From assembly GCA_000008885.1 (NCBI GenBank), contig BA000021.3, positions 390,001 through 422,000 on the forward strand: a stretch of 32,000 nucleotides of DNA. The letters are read 5' to 3'. This document shows, piece after piece, positions 1-8,379 of the stretch. Below the pieces are notes generated by a model. The model had not been told where the DNA came from and made no database searches. It was given only the letters and a program-made list of their open reading frames with translations. The DNA is from Wigglesworthia glossinidia endosymbiont of Glossina brevipalpis (GTDB lineage Bacteria; Pseudomonadota; Gammaproteobacteria; Enterobacterales; Enterobacteriaceae). Each line of letters opens with the position of its first letter. The first letter of the stretch is position 1. Made by a program: the position numbers and the translations under genes.

Positions 1-627
1 TTTAAAGGAGTTTTTATCCCAAACTCTGCTATTATCTAAAGAAAATTCATCTCCTAAAAATAAATCTCCATTAAACAAACCAAATTCTAATTTAAAATCT
101 ACTAATATTAGTTCTGCTTTGTAAAAAATATCTTTAAGTATATTATTAATTTTATATAAAATTTTTTTTATTTTTTTAATATGATTTTCACTGATTAAAT
201 TAAATGATATACAGTGATATTCGTTTATCATTGGATCTTTTAATCCATCATTTTTAAAAAAAAATTCTAATATCGGAGGATTTATAAAAGAACGTTCTTT
301 TATTAAAAATCTTTTTAGCAAAGAACCATATGCATAATTTCTAACGACAAATTCAATTGGAATCATCTTTAATTTTTTAACTATTACTTGGTTATCAGAT
401 AATAAAGACAATATATGAGTTTTAATATTAAAACTAGAAATTTTATTCATTATATAATAATTAAACTTATTATTAATAATATCTTTATTGTCAAATTTTT
501 TAATATATTTACCATTTAATCTAGACATATCTTTTTTAAATTTTAATATTAAAACATCAGAATTATTTGTTGAATATATTATTTTAGATTTTCCTTGGTA
601 TATTTTATTTTTTTTTTTGATTTTCAT
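1..627 (-). CDS. purC: SAICAR synthetase (phosphoribosylaminoimidazole-succinocarboxamide synthase), 5' part; the 3' end lies beyond the left window edge
   Basis: It is absent from the ORF track because it runs off the window. My reverse-strand translation from the ATG at 627 reads MKIKKKNKIYQGKSKIIYST...VVRNYAYGSLLKRF...AELILVDFKLEFGLFNGDLFLGDEFSLDNSRVWDKNSFK with no stop. This is collinear with enterobacterial PurC as I recall it. There is an in-frame alternative ATG at 660. It lies next to dapA, as in E. coli. Confidence 0.85.
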   Translation of the reverse strand, partial: MKIKKKNKIYQGKSKIIYSTNNSDVLILKFKKDMSRLNGKYIKKFDNKDIINNKFNYYIMNKISSFNIKTHILSLLSDNQVIVKKLKMIPIEFVVRNYAYGSLLKRFLIKERSFINPPILEFFFKNDGLKDPMINEYHCISFNLISENHIKKIKKILYKINNILKDIFYKAELILVDFKLEFGLFNGDLFLGDEFSLDNSRVWDKNSFK

Positions 628-659
628 TTTATTAGATTTAATTTTTAAAATTAAATTCA

Positions 660-1556
660 TTAAATACAATTAATTTTGCTTTTTAATTTAATTTTATTTA
701 ATATTTTTTTAAACATAAAAATTTCTTTTTTATTTAAACCAATCATTGGCAATCTTATATATTTTGTTTTTATCAAACCTAAAAAATTACAAGCCCACTT
801 TATGGGTGTTGGATTAGGAGCTATTAATAAAATTTTATATAAGTCTAAAATATTATAATATAATTTTTCTGCTTTATAATAATGTCTATTATTAATTAAT
901 CTGCATAAACTTGAAGATTCATATGCGATAATATTTGCAGCGGTAGAAATTACACCACATCCTCCTAATTGCATAAAATCTAATATGTTAATATCATCTC
1001 CACATAATAAACAAAAATTTTTTTTAGAAAAAAACTTTATTTTTTTTACTCTACTTAAGTCTTTGCTGGAATCTTTTATTCCAATTATATTTTTTATATA
1101 TGATAATTTTGAAACAGTTTCAGGTAAAATATCGCATCCAGTCCTTTTAGGATTATTATAGATAATCTGCGGTATGTCTGTATTTTTAGAAATTTCTTTA
1201 AAGTAATTAAATATACCATTTTGTGTCGGACAACTATAATAAGGAGTAGATATCAAAATTCCCGATATATTTATTTTATTATAAAAATTAATTTGTTTCT
1301 TAATATTTTCAATATTAGATGATATTATACCTGCTATAACAGGTATTTTTTTGTCGCATGTTTCAAAAATATATTTGACAATATTGCATTGCTCTTCAAA
1401 AGTTAAAGAAAAATTTTCTCCAGTTGTTCCTATTGCTAATATAGCAGAAGTATTATTGACAATGTGATATTCGATTAATCCCTTTATGCTATCAAAATCT
1501 ATTTTACCAGATTTTTTCATTGGAGTTATTAACGCTACTATACTTCCTGTAAACAT
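660..1556 (-). CDS. dapA: 4-hydroxy-tetrahydrodipicolinate synthase
   Basis: 298-aa ORF. The N-terminus MFTGSIVALITPM, the GTTGE motif and the IIGIKDS region (Schiff-base Lys) are collinear with E. coli DapA. Confidence 0.93.
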   Translation of the reverse strand: MFTGSIVALITPMKKSGKIDFDSIKGLIEYHIVNNTSAILAIGTTGENFSLTFEEQCNIVKYIFETCDKKIPVIAGIISSNIENIKKQINFYNKINISGILISTPYYSCPTQNGIFNYFKEISKNTDIPQIIYNNPKRTGCDILPETVSKLSYIKNIIGIKDSSKDLSRVKKIKFFSKKNFCLLCGDDINILDFMQLGGCGVISTAANIIAYESSSLCRLINNRHYYKAEKLYYNILDLYKILLIAPNPTPIKWACNFLGLIKTKYIRLPMIGLNKKEIFMFKKILNKIKLKSKINCI

Positions 1557-1747
1557 ACAATATCCTTAAATACAATTAAAACAAAAATTTTATCAAATTA
1601 ATATTTAATTATTAATAATTATTTAATCTTGTTATTCATATAATTAATTTTATATTTATATTTTTTAATTATATATTAATATTAATATTATGTAAAAAAT
1701 TAAATTAGTATAATTTAAAATTTAATAAAAATTATTGATTACAAATT

Positions 1748-2788
1748 TTATTTAAAAAGAACTTTTTTATTTTCATGTATTTTATGAACTATTTTACCTA
1801 TTTTCCAAGCTTTTTCTCCCATTTGGTTTAATATTTTTAAAGCAAGGTTTGCATCATTTTTAGAAACTATTACAACCATACCAACTCCGCAATTAAACGT
1901 TTTGTACATTTCTTTCTTTTTTATATTTCCTGTTTCCTGTATCCATTTAAATATTAATGGCCAATTCCAAGTATCTTCATATATTACTGCGCATGTATTT
2001 TTTGGAGTAATACGTGGTATATTATCTAAAAAAGATCCACCTGTAATATGTGAAATAGCATTAACTTTTATTTGCTTTATTAAATTTAATATATTAGTCG
2101 AATAAATACGAGTAGGAGTCAAAAGATAATTTATTAATTTTTTATTATTTAAATAATAATCATTATAGTTGATATTATTTTGTGATATAATTTTTCTTAT
2201 AAGAGAATATCCATTAGAATGAAGCCCGCTAGAAGATAAAGCCAAAATTTCATCTCCGATTTTCACATTATTAATATCAATAATTTTAGATCTTTCTACT
2301 ACTCCAACGCAAAAACCAGATAAATCATAATTTTTATTTGAATAAAAACCTGGCATTTCAGCGGTTTCTCCTCCTACTAAAGAACATCCAGATATTTTAC
2401 ATCCTTTTGATATACCATTTATAATTTTCAAAGATATATCTATATCAATTTTCCCAGTAGCATAATAATCAAGAAAAAATAGAGGATCTGCTCCTTGAGT
2501 TATAATATCGTTTACACACATTGCTACTAAATCTATTCCAATATCATTGTGATTATTTTCTTTTATAGCGAAATACAATTTAGTTCCAACTCCATCTGTA
2601 CTTAATACTAAAACTGGATCTAAATATTTTTTTGGAATAGAACAAATAGCTGAAAACGGACCAATGCCTTTTATAACTTCTTTTGTTTTAGTTTTTTTAG
2701 AAATTAATTTAATTTTATCAATAAAAAAATTGGAAGATTTTGTATCAACTCCAGAATCCTTATATGATAATGGTTTTTTTTTGTTCAT
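1748..2788 (-). CDS. purM: phosphoribosylformylglycinamidine cyclo-ligase (AIR synthetase)
   Basis: 346-aa ORF. LSYKDSGVD near the N-terminus and the DGVGTK motif match PurM over its full length. Confidence 0.93.
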   Translation of the reverse strand: MNKKKPLSYKDSGVDTKSSNFFIDKIKLISKKTKTKEVIKGIGPFSAICSIPKKYLDPVLVLSTDGVGTKLYFAIKENNHNDIGIDLVAMCVNDIITQGADPLFFLDYYATGKIDIDISLKIINGISKGCKISGCSLVGGETAEMPGFYSNKNYDLSGFCVGVVERSKIIDINNVKIGDEILALSSSGLHSNGYSLIRKIISQNNINYNDYYLNNKKLINYLLTPTRIYSTNILNLIKQIKVNAISHITGGSFLDNIPRITPKNTCAVIYEDTWNWPLIFKWIQETGNIKKKEMYKTFNCGVGMVVIVSKNDANLALKILNQMGEKAWKIGKIVHKIHENKKVLFK

Positions 2789-2947
2789 ATAATTTAATTT
2801 AAAAAAATATAATTAATATATTATGATAAACTATTTTTTTTAAATGAAAATTCAAAAAAAAATAATTTTATTTTTTTTAAAACATTTTAAATACATGTTA
2901 GAATTTTTTATCATTTAACAAATTTTAATTTATTAAATAATATAAAT

Positions 2948-3022
2948 ACGTCTGTAGCTCAGAATGGACAGAGCACCACTATGACATAGTGGGGGCCAGT
3001 GGTTCAAATCCACTCAGACGTA
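2948..3022 (+). tRNA. valV: tRNA-Val, anticodon GAC; no genomically encoded CCA
   Basis: Hand-folded cloverleaf. The acceptor stem acgtctg/cagacgt has 7 bp, the D stem is gctc/gagc, and the anticodon stem ccact/agtgg has loop atGACat. The variable loop is gggcc and the T arm is agtgg-ttcaaat-ccact. The discriminator is A, followed by att rather than cca. It is a GC-rich island in AT-rich spacer. It sits next to ribE, as valV/valW do in E. coli. Confidence 0.85.
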
Positions 3023-3110
3023 ATTTTTAAATAAAAAATTATTTAATGATAAAATCATTTGATAAATAAAAATTTTTAATTTTTTATTTATAAAATATCA
3101 AGAGGAATTT

Positions 3111-3731
3111 ATGTTTACAGGAATTATACAGGGAATAGGAACAGTTTCTCTTTTAGAAAAAAAAAATAGTATATACACTTATAGTATACTTTCTCCAAAA
3201 AATATTTTGCTTGATTTGTCTATAGGAGATTCTGTATCAAATAATGGATGTTGTTTGACAGTTTCTAAAATCAAAAAAAATGAAATTACATTCGATTTAA
3301 TACAGGAAACAATTAAATTAACTAGTTTTAAAAAAACGAAAATAGGAGACGATATTAATTTAGAAAAATCTATATCCTTGAGTCAAGGATTAAGCGGACA
3401 TTTAATGTCTGGACATATTGCATGCACTGGAACTATTTTAACAAATGATATAAATGAATATAATAGAAAAATGTATATTAATATTGATAATAAAAGTAAA
3501 ATAAAGTATATTTTTTATAAAGGATATATAGGAATAGATGGAATTAGTTTAACAGTTTCAGGAATTAAAAATTTTTGTTTTTGCGTAGATTTAATACCAG
3601 AAACTTTAAAAAGAACAAATTTAAAAAATAAAAAAATAGGAGATTTAGTAAATATAGAAATAGACTCAAATACTCAAGCTATAGTAAATACTGTAGAAAA
3701 ACAATTAAAAAAATACAGAAAATTAATGTAA
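3111..3731 (+). CDS. ribE: riboflavin synthase (alpha chain)
   Basis: 206-aa ORF starting MFTGIIQGIG. It has the two-repeat lumazine-binding architecture (second repeat GHLMSGHI...). An SD-like agagga lies upstream. Confidence 0.9.
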   Translation: MFTGIIQGIGTVSLLEKKNSIYTYSILSPKNILLDLSIGDSVSNNGCCLTVSKIKKNEITFDLIQETIKLTSFKKTKIGDDINLEKSISLSQGLSGHLMSGHIACTGTILTNDINEYNRKMYINIDNKSKIKYIFYKGYIGIDGISLTVSGIKNFCFCVDLIPETLKRTNLKNKKIGDLVNIEIDSNTQAIVNTVEKQLKKYRKLM

Positions 3732-3771
3732 ATTTTTATTTATTTTATATTTATAAAAAAATCTAAATAAT

Positions 3772-4092
3772 ATGAAAAATTCAATAGAAAAAATAAAAGA
3801 ACAAATTAAAAAAAACAAAATAATTTTATATATGAAAGGATCACCAGAAAATCCAAAATGTGGTTTTTCTTCGAAAGTTGCAAGAATATTATGTGAGTCT
3901 AATTTTAGATTTGCATACGTAGATGTTATTTCAAATCCACACATAAGAGAAAAATTACCAGAATTTTCTAATTGGCCAACATTTCCACAACTTTGGGTAA
4001 ATGGGAGTTTAGTAGGAGGATGTGATATAGTAACAAAAATGCATGAAAAAGGAGAACTTGTTCCATTTATTAATAAAGAAATAAATAAATAA
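3772..4092 (+). CDS. grxD: monothiol glutaredoxin (Grx4 family)
   Basis: 106-aa ORF. ILYMKGSPENPKCGFS (CGFS active site) and WPTFPQLWVNGSLVGGCDI are collinear with E. coli GrxD. Confidence 0.9.
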   Translation: MKNSIEKIKEQIKKNKIILYMKGSPENPKCGFSSKVARILCESNFRFAYVDVISNPHIREKLPEFSNWPTFPQLWVNGSLVGGCDIVTKMHEKGELVPFINKEINK

Positions 4093-4116
4093 TAATTAAT
4101 TTTTTATCTAATAAAA

Positions 4117-4764
4117 TTACTTCCTATTTTTTGGGATAGGCCATCCTCCCATTTTCTTCCATCTATTAACAATTTCGCAAAACAATTCTGCTGTTTTTTT
4201 AGAATCATATAAAGCCGAATGAGCATAATTATTGTTAAATTCAATTCCTGCAATTATACAAGCTTTAGATAAAACAGTTTGACCTAAAACCAATCCACTT
4301 AAAGTTGCTGTATCAAATGTAGAAAACGAATGAAAAGGATTGTATTTAATTTTAGATCTATCAACCGCAGACATTAAAAAACTATGATCAAAGTATGCAT
4401 TATGAGCTACTACTACAGCTTTGCTGCAAGATTGTTTTTTAATACCTAATCGAACCGTATTAAATATCTCTTTTATAGCTTTTCTTTCATTTATAGCGGC
4501 ACGAAAAGGATTATAAGGATCTATTTTATTAAATTTTAAAGCGCTTTTTTTTATATTTAATCCTGGAGTTGGAATAATATTAAAATGCAGTTTATTATCT
4601 ATTCTTAAAAACCCATTATCATCCATTCTTAATGTAATAATTGCTATTTCTAATAAAGCGTCTCTATAAGGATCAAATCCTGCTGTTTCTACATCTATAA
4701 CTACTGGATAAAATCCTCTAAAACGGTTTTTTAAAAAATTTTTTATATTTTTTGATTGAAACAT
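4117..4764 (-). CDS. rnt: ribonuclease T (DEDDh exonuclease)
   Basis: 215-aa [20 protein letters not shown] is nearly identical to the E. coli RNase T N-terminal motif. It also has the HNAYFD and HSALYD exo motifs. Confidence 0.9.
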   Translation of the reverse strand: MFQSKNIKNFLKNRFRGFYPVVIDVETAGFDPYRDALLEIAIITLRMDDNGFLRIDNKLHFNIIPTPGLNIKKSALKFNKIDPYNPFRAAINERKAIKEIFNTVRLGIKKQSCSKAVVVAHNAYFDHSFLMSAVDRSKIKYNPFHSFSTFDTATLSGLVLGQTVLSKACIIAGIEFNNNYAHSALYDSKKTAELFCEIVNRWKKMGGWPIPKNRK

Positions 4765-5208
4765 AATTATATTATAATTTAAAATTAATATAAAATATAA
4801 TTTTTTTATTAAAAATTATTAATATGTTATAATATTAAAATTAATTTAAATGAAATTAATTAATTTGTATTAAAATAATATTGACTTTTACATTATTATT
4901 TATTTTAATTAGTCGTATATAAATTATATATAAATAGTTTTTTTATAAAATTAAATTTTATTTTTAATAAATTTAAATAAAATTTTTTTAAATGTATATA
5001 ATTAAATCTTAATTAAATAATTACTTACTAATTTTATACAAAAATATATAATAATAAATTAAAAAATATAAATATTTTATTTAAAAATATAAAAAATATT
5101 AAAATATTTTAAATTAAATTTTAATTTTCTAATAAAAAATTTTAATTATTTTATTTTTATTATATATATTTATTAGAACAAACAATATATTTTTAGAAAT
5201 CTAATGAT

Positions 5209-5214
5209 AAGGAG
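5209..5214 (+). promoter_or_regulatory. Shine-Dalgarno sequence (AAGGAG) for slyA
   Basis: A perfect AAGGAG lies 6 nt upstream of the TTG start at 5221. The reading frame is closed by TAG at 5194-5196 and has no in-frame ATG upstream. Confidence 0.55.
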
Positions 5215-5220
5215 AAAAAA

Positions 5221-5655
5221 TTGGAATCGCCATTAGGATCTGATTTATCACGTTTAGTAAGAATATGGCGTGCTTTAATTGATCATCGCCTAAAACCATT
5301 AGAGTTAACACAAACACACTGGATAACTTTACATAATATTTGCCAGTTGCCACCAGAACAATCTCAGATTCAGCTGGCAAAGGCAATAGGAATAGAACAA
5401 CCTTCGCTGGTTAGAACGCTTGATCAATTAGAAGAAAAAGGTCTAATAACAAGACATACATGCTCTAATGACAGAAGAGCTAAAAGAATAAAACTTACTA
5501 AATCCGCAGAACCAATCATTCAAAAAGTAAATAATGTTATTCATACTACTAGAGAGGAAATTCTTAATGGAATTAATCAAGAAGAAATTCAATGGCTGAG
5601 TCAAATGATTTCTAAATTAGAAAAAAATATATTAGAGCTATATAATAAATCTTAA
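5221..5655 (+). CDS. slyA: MarR-family transcriptional regulator SlyA
   Basis: 144-aa ORF with a TTG start. [34 protein letters not shown]...[25 protein letters not shown]...[10 protein letters not shown] is almost identical to enteric SlyA as I recall it. The position between rnt and pdxH-tyrS matches the E. coli neighbourhood. Confidence 0.9.
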   Translation: MESPLGSDLSRLVRIWRALIDHRLKPLELTQTHWITLHNICQLPPEQSQIQLAKAIGIEQPSLVRTLDQLEEKGLITRHTCSNDRRAKRIKLTKSAEPIIQKVNNVIHTTREEILNGINQEEIQWLSQMISKLEKNILELYNKS

Positions 5656-5681
5656 TTTTTATATTAATTAAAATAAAAATT

Positions 5682-5720
5682 ATTTCCGGTCTAAAAACAA
5701 GACCGGAAATTTGTATTTTA
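5682..5720 (+). terminator. Rho-independent terminator downstream of slyA
   Basis: A perfect 10-bp stem atttccggtc (5682-5691) / gaccggaaat (5701-5710) encloses a 9-nt loop. It is followed by the T-rich ttgtattttatttt, 27 nt after the slyA stop. Confidence 0.7.
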
Positions 5721-5749
5721 TTTTATTTTAAATTATACATTTAATATAT

Positions 5750-6400
5750 ATGAATAAAATATTAAAAAAAATTTTACTAAAAAATAGAGAATATTCTATT
5801 GGAAGTTTAAGAAAAAATCAGTTAATGAATAATCCTTTAGATATGTTTAAAATATGGCTTAAAGAAGCATATAAATCAAAAATTCCAGATATTACAGCAA
5901 TGATATTAGGTACTGTAGATGATAAAAATCAATCTTACCAAAGAATGGTTTTATTAAAATATATAGATTCAAAAAAAGTTATATTTTATACTAACTTTAA
6001 AAGCAGAAAAGCAAATCATATAAAAAATAATTCTAAAGTAAGTTTATTATTTCCATGGAATATATTAGATAGACAAGTATTATTTTTAGGATATGCAAAA
6101 AAGATACCTCAAGATGATATTAAAAAATATTTTTATACTAGATCTAAAAATAGTCAAATTAGCGTATGGGCATCTAAACAATCTCAAATAATAAAAAAAA
6201 GATCTATATTAGACGATAAATTCTTAAAATTAAAACATGAATTTCAAAAAAAAGTTGTTCCATTTCCAAAATTTTGGGGAGGATATAAAATTAATATATC
6301 ATCAGCAGAATTTTGGCAAGGAAGAAAAAACAGATTACATGATCGTTTTATATATAAAAAAATTCATTCAAAATGGAATATATATAGATTATCTCCTTAG
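5750..6400 (+). CDS. pdxH: pyridoxamine/pyridoxine 5'-phosphate oxidase
   Basis: 216-aa [13 protein letters not shown]...[10 protein letters not shown]...SLLFPW...FWGGYKI...[14 protein letters not shown]...YRLSP is collinear with E. coli PdxH. Confidence 0.9.
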
Positions 6401-6446
6401 ATGTATTATAAAAATTATTAATAAGATTTTTTTAAATAAAAATATA

Positions 6447-7727
6447 ATGAAAGATTTAATTCAAGAGTTAAAAAATCGTAAATTAATTTCAAAATTAACA
6501 GACGAAATAAATATAAAAAAAATATTAAAAGAAAAAAAAATAAATTTATACTGTGGATTTGATCCTACAGCAGATAGTTTACACATAGGTCATTTAATAC
6601 CTTTGTTGTTTTTAAAAAGATTTAGTAATTTTGGACATATTCCAATAATAGTTATTGGAGGAGCTACAGCTTTATTGGGAGATTTTAATATTAAAAAAAA
6701 TAAAAGTTTTTTAGAAAAATATAAAAATGTAAAAAATTGGTCTAAAACAATAGAAAATCAAATTTTAAATATTATAAAATATGAAAATAATAATTGTAAT
6801 TTAATTATATTAAATAATTATTTATGGATAAAAGAACTAAAAATAATAAATTTTTTAAGAGATATAGGACGATTTATTTCTATAAATAAAATTTTAAGAA
6901 AAGAAATAGTAAAGAAAAAATTAAAAGAAAACCAACATATATCTTTTATGGAATTTTCTTATAGTTTATTGCAAGGATATGATTATTATTTTTTAAATTT
7001 AAATTATGATGTATATATACAAATAGGAGGATCTGATCAATGGAGTAATATAATTTCTGGAATAGATCTTGTAAATAAAATAAATAAAAAAAAAGTATAT
7101 GGAATTACTACTCCGTTATTAACTAGATCAAATGGATCTAAGCTAGGAAAATCTGATGACAAAGAAAAAGTGATTTGGTTAGATAAAAAAAAGACTAGCG
7201 TATATGAATTTTATCAATTCTGGTTAAATACACCAGACGAAAAAATTTTCAGATACCTAAAATTATTTACTTTTATAAGTATGTCAGAAATTAATAAATT
7301 AAAATGTAAATTCTTTAATAAAGAAATAAATCCATTTCAAGCTCAAAAAATTTTGGCAGACGAAATTACTAAAATTGTTCATGGCATAAGTCAATTAAGA
7401 TTAGCTCAAAAAGCAACTAATTTTTTATTTTATAAAAAAATTTCAGAACTTTCTATTGAAGATTTTTATTTATTATCTACGTCAGGAATAAAAATATATT
7501 ATCCTAAATCAAATGAAAATATTAAAGATATATTGGTAAATTCTAAATTATCTAAATCTAAAAATAATGCAAAAAGTGTTATTTTATCTTCTTCTATAAG
7601 AATAAATAATAAAAAACAAAAATCTATAGATTTTATGTTTAAAAAAGAAGATAAATTATTTAATTTGTTTACTTTAATAAAGAAAGGAAAAAAAGATTTT
7701 TGTTTGTTGATTTGGAAAAATTATTAA
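6447..7727 (+). CDS. tyrS: tyrosine--tRNA ligase
   Basis: The track ORF opens at 6237, but homology begins at the in-frame ATG 6447 (MKDLIQELKNRKLISKLTD...). It has LYCGFDPTADSLHIGHL (HIGH), KLGKS (KMSKS equivalent) and a C-terminal S4-like domain. It is adjacent to pdxH, as in E. coli. Confidence 0.9.
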   Translation: MKDLIQELKNRKLISKLTDEINIKKILKEKKINLYCGFDPTADSLHIGHLIPLLFLKRFSNFGHIPIIVIGGATALLGDFNIKKNKSFLEKYKNVKNWSKTIENQILNIIKYENNNCNLIILNNYLWIKELKIINFLRDIGRFISINKILRKEIVKKKLKENQHISFMEFSYSLLQGYDYYFLNLNYDVYIQIGGSDQWSNIISGIDLVNKINKKKVYGITTPLLTRSNGSKLGKSDDKEKVIWLDKKKTSVYEFYQFWLNTPDEKIFRYLKLFTFISMSEINKLKCKFFNKEINPFQAQKILADEITKIVHGISQLRLAQKATNFLFYKKISELSIEDFYLLSTSGIKIYYPKSNENIKDILVNSKLSKSKNNAKSVILSSSIRINNKKQKSIDFMFKKEDKLFNLFTLIKKGKKDFCLLIWKNY

Positions 7728-7741
7728 TTTATAAAAAATTT

Positions 7742-8371
7742 TTATAGATTATTTTTATAAAATTTGCATAAATCATTAATTTTACAAATTTTGCAATTTG
7801 GTCTTTTAGATTTGCAAATGTATCTTCCTTGCAAAACTAATAATGAATGACAACTTATTTTAAATTCTTTTGGAACAATATTATCAAGAGTATTTTCTAC
7901 ATTTCTTAAATTATTTGAATTTGACAAACCAATTCTGTTACTTACTCTAAGTACATGAGTATCCACTGCTATTGTTTCAAATCCAAATGCAACATTTAAA
8001 ATAACATTTGCACTTTTTCTTCCTATTCCTGGAAGGCTTTCTAAATGTTTTCTTTTACTTGGAATTTTCCCATTAAATTTTTTTAATAAAATATTACAAG
8101 ATTTTAAAATAAAATCAGTTTTTCTATTAAAAAACCCTATGGATTTAATATAATATTTTATTTTTTCTCCTAATTTAATCATATTATATGGATTGTTAGC
8201 CTTAGAAAATAAGTTTTTAGTCACAAAATTTACTTGAGCATCCTTAGTTCTAGACGAAAGAAGAACCGCAATGAATAACTCAAAATTTGATTTGAACTTT
8301 AATTCAATTCTAGAATTTGGAAAAAATTTTTTTAGTCTTAAAAAGACATTTGTTACTTTCGTTCTGTGCAT
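7742..8371 (-). CDS. nth: endonuclease III (DNA glycosylase/AP lyase)
   Basis: 209-aa ORF with the HhH-GPD motif LPGIGRKSANVILN and AVDTHVLRV. The C-terminal 4Fe-4S ligand pattern is C-x6-C-x2-C-x5-C (CKSKRPNCKICKINDLC). Confidence 0.9.
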   Translation of the reverse strand: MHRTKVTNVFLRLKKFFPNSRIELKFKSNFELFIAVLLSSRTKDAQVNFVTKNLFSKANNPYNMIKLGEKIKYYIKSIGFFNRKTDFILKSCNILLKKFNGKIPSKRKHLESLPGIGRKSANVILNVAFGFETIAVDTHVLRVSNRIGLSNSNNLRNVENTLDNIVPKEFKISCHSLLVLQGRYICKSKRPNCKICKINDLCKFYKNNL

Positions 8372-8379
8372 AAATAATA

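Noticed and set aside
488-858. Two + strand ORFs from the track (488-673 and 676-858, 60-61 aa)
   Set aside because: They lie antisense to purC and dapA, both of which are supported by strong homology. Their products are low-complexity F/I/L/K/N strings typical of AT-rich antisense frames.
2915-2943. Sigma70-like promoter TTAACA-17 nt-TAATAT upstream of tRNA-Val
   Set aside because: The -10 element ends only 4 nt before the mature tRNA 5' end, which leaves essentially no leader. Hexamers like this also occur by chance throughout 80% A+T DNA. It is not supportable without transcription start-site data.
5201-5386. 61-aa ORF antisense to the 5' part of slyA
   Set aside because: It has no recognisable motifs and no SD. 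It is open mainly because the unusually GC-rich slyA segment has few stop codons in antisense frames. It would only become interesting if antisense transcription were shown.
5221-5655. Recent horizontal acquisition of slyA, for example from a co-resident, less reduced enteric symbiont, as the explanation for its higher G+C
   Set aside because: It is not excluded, but I judge it less likely. The gene sits in the ancestral syntenic position between rnt and pdxH-tyrS. G+C declines smoothly toward the less conserved C-terminus. Similar local G/C retention occurs at other highly constrained motifs (prfA GGQ, sufE LTPSRVQGL). It is kept only as an alternative in the slyA finding.
6237-6446. 70-codon N-terminal extension of the tyrS ORF overlapping the pdxH 3' end
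   Set aside because: Homology to TyrRS begins at the internal ATG 6447 (MKDLIQELK...). The extension has no counterpart in TyrRS and overlaps pdxH in another frame, so it is probably a chance open frame.
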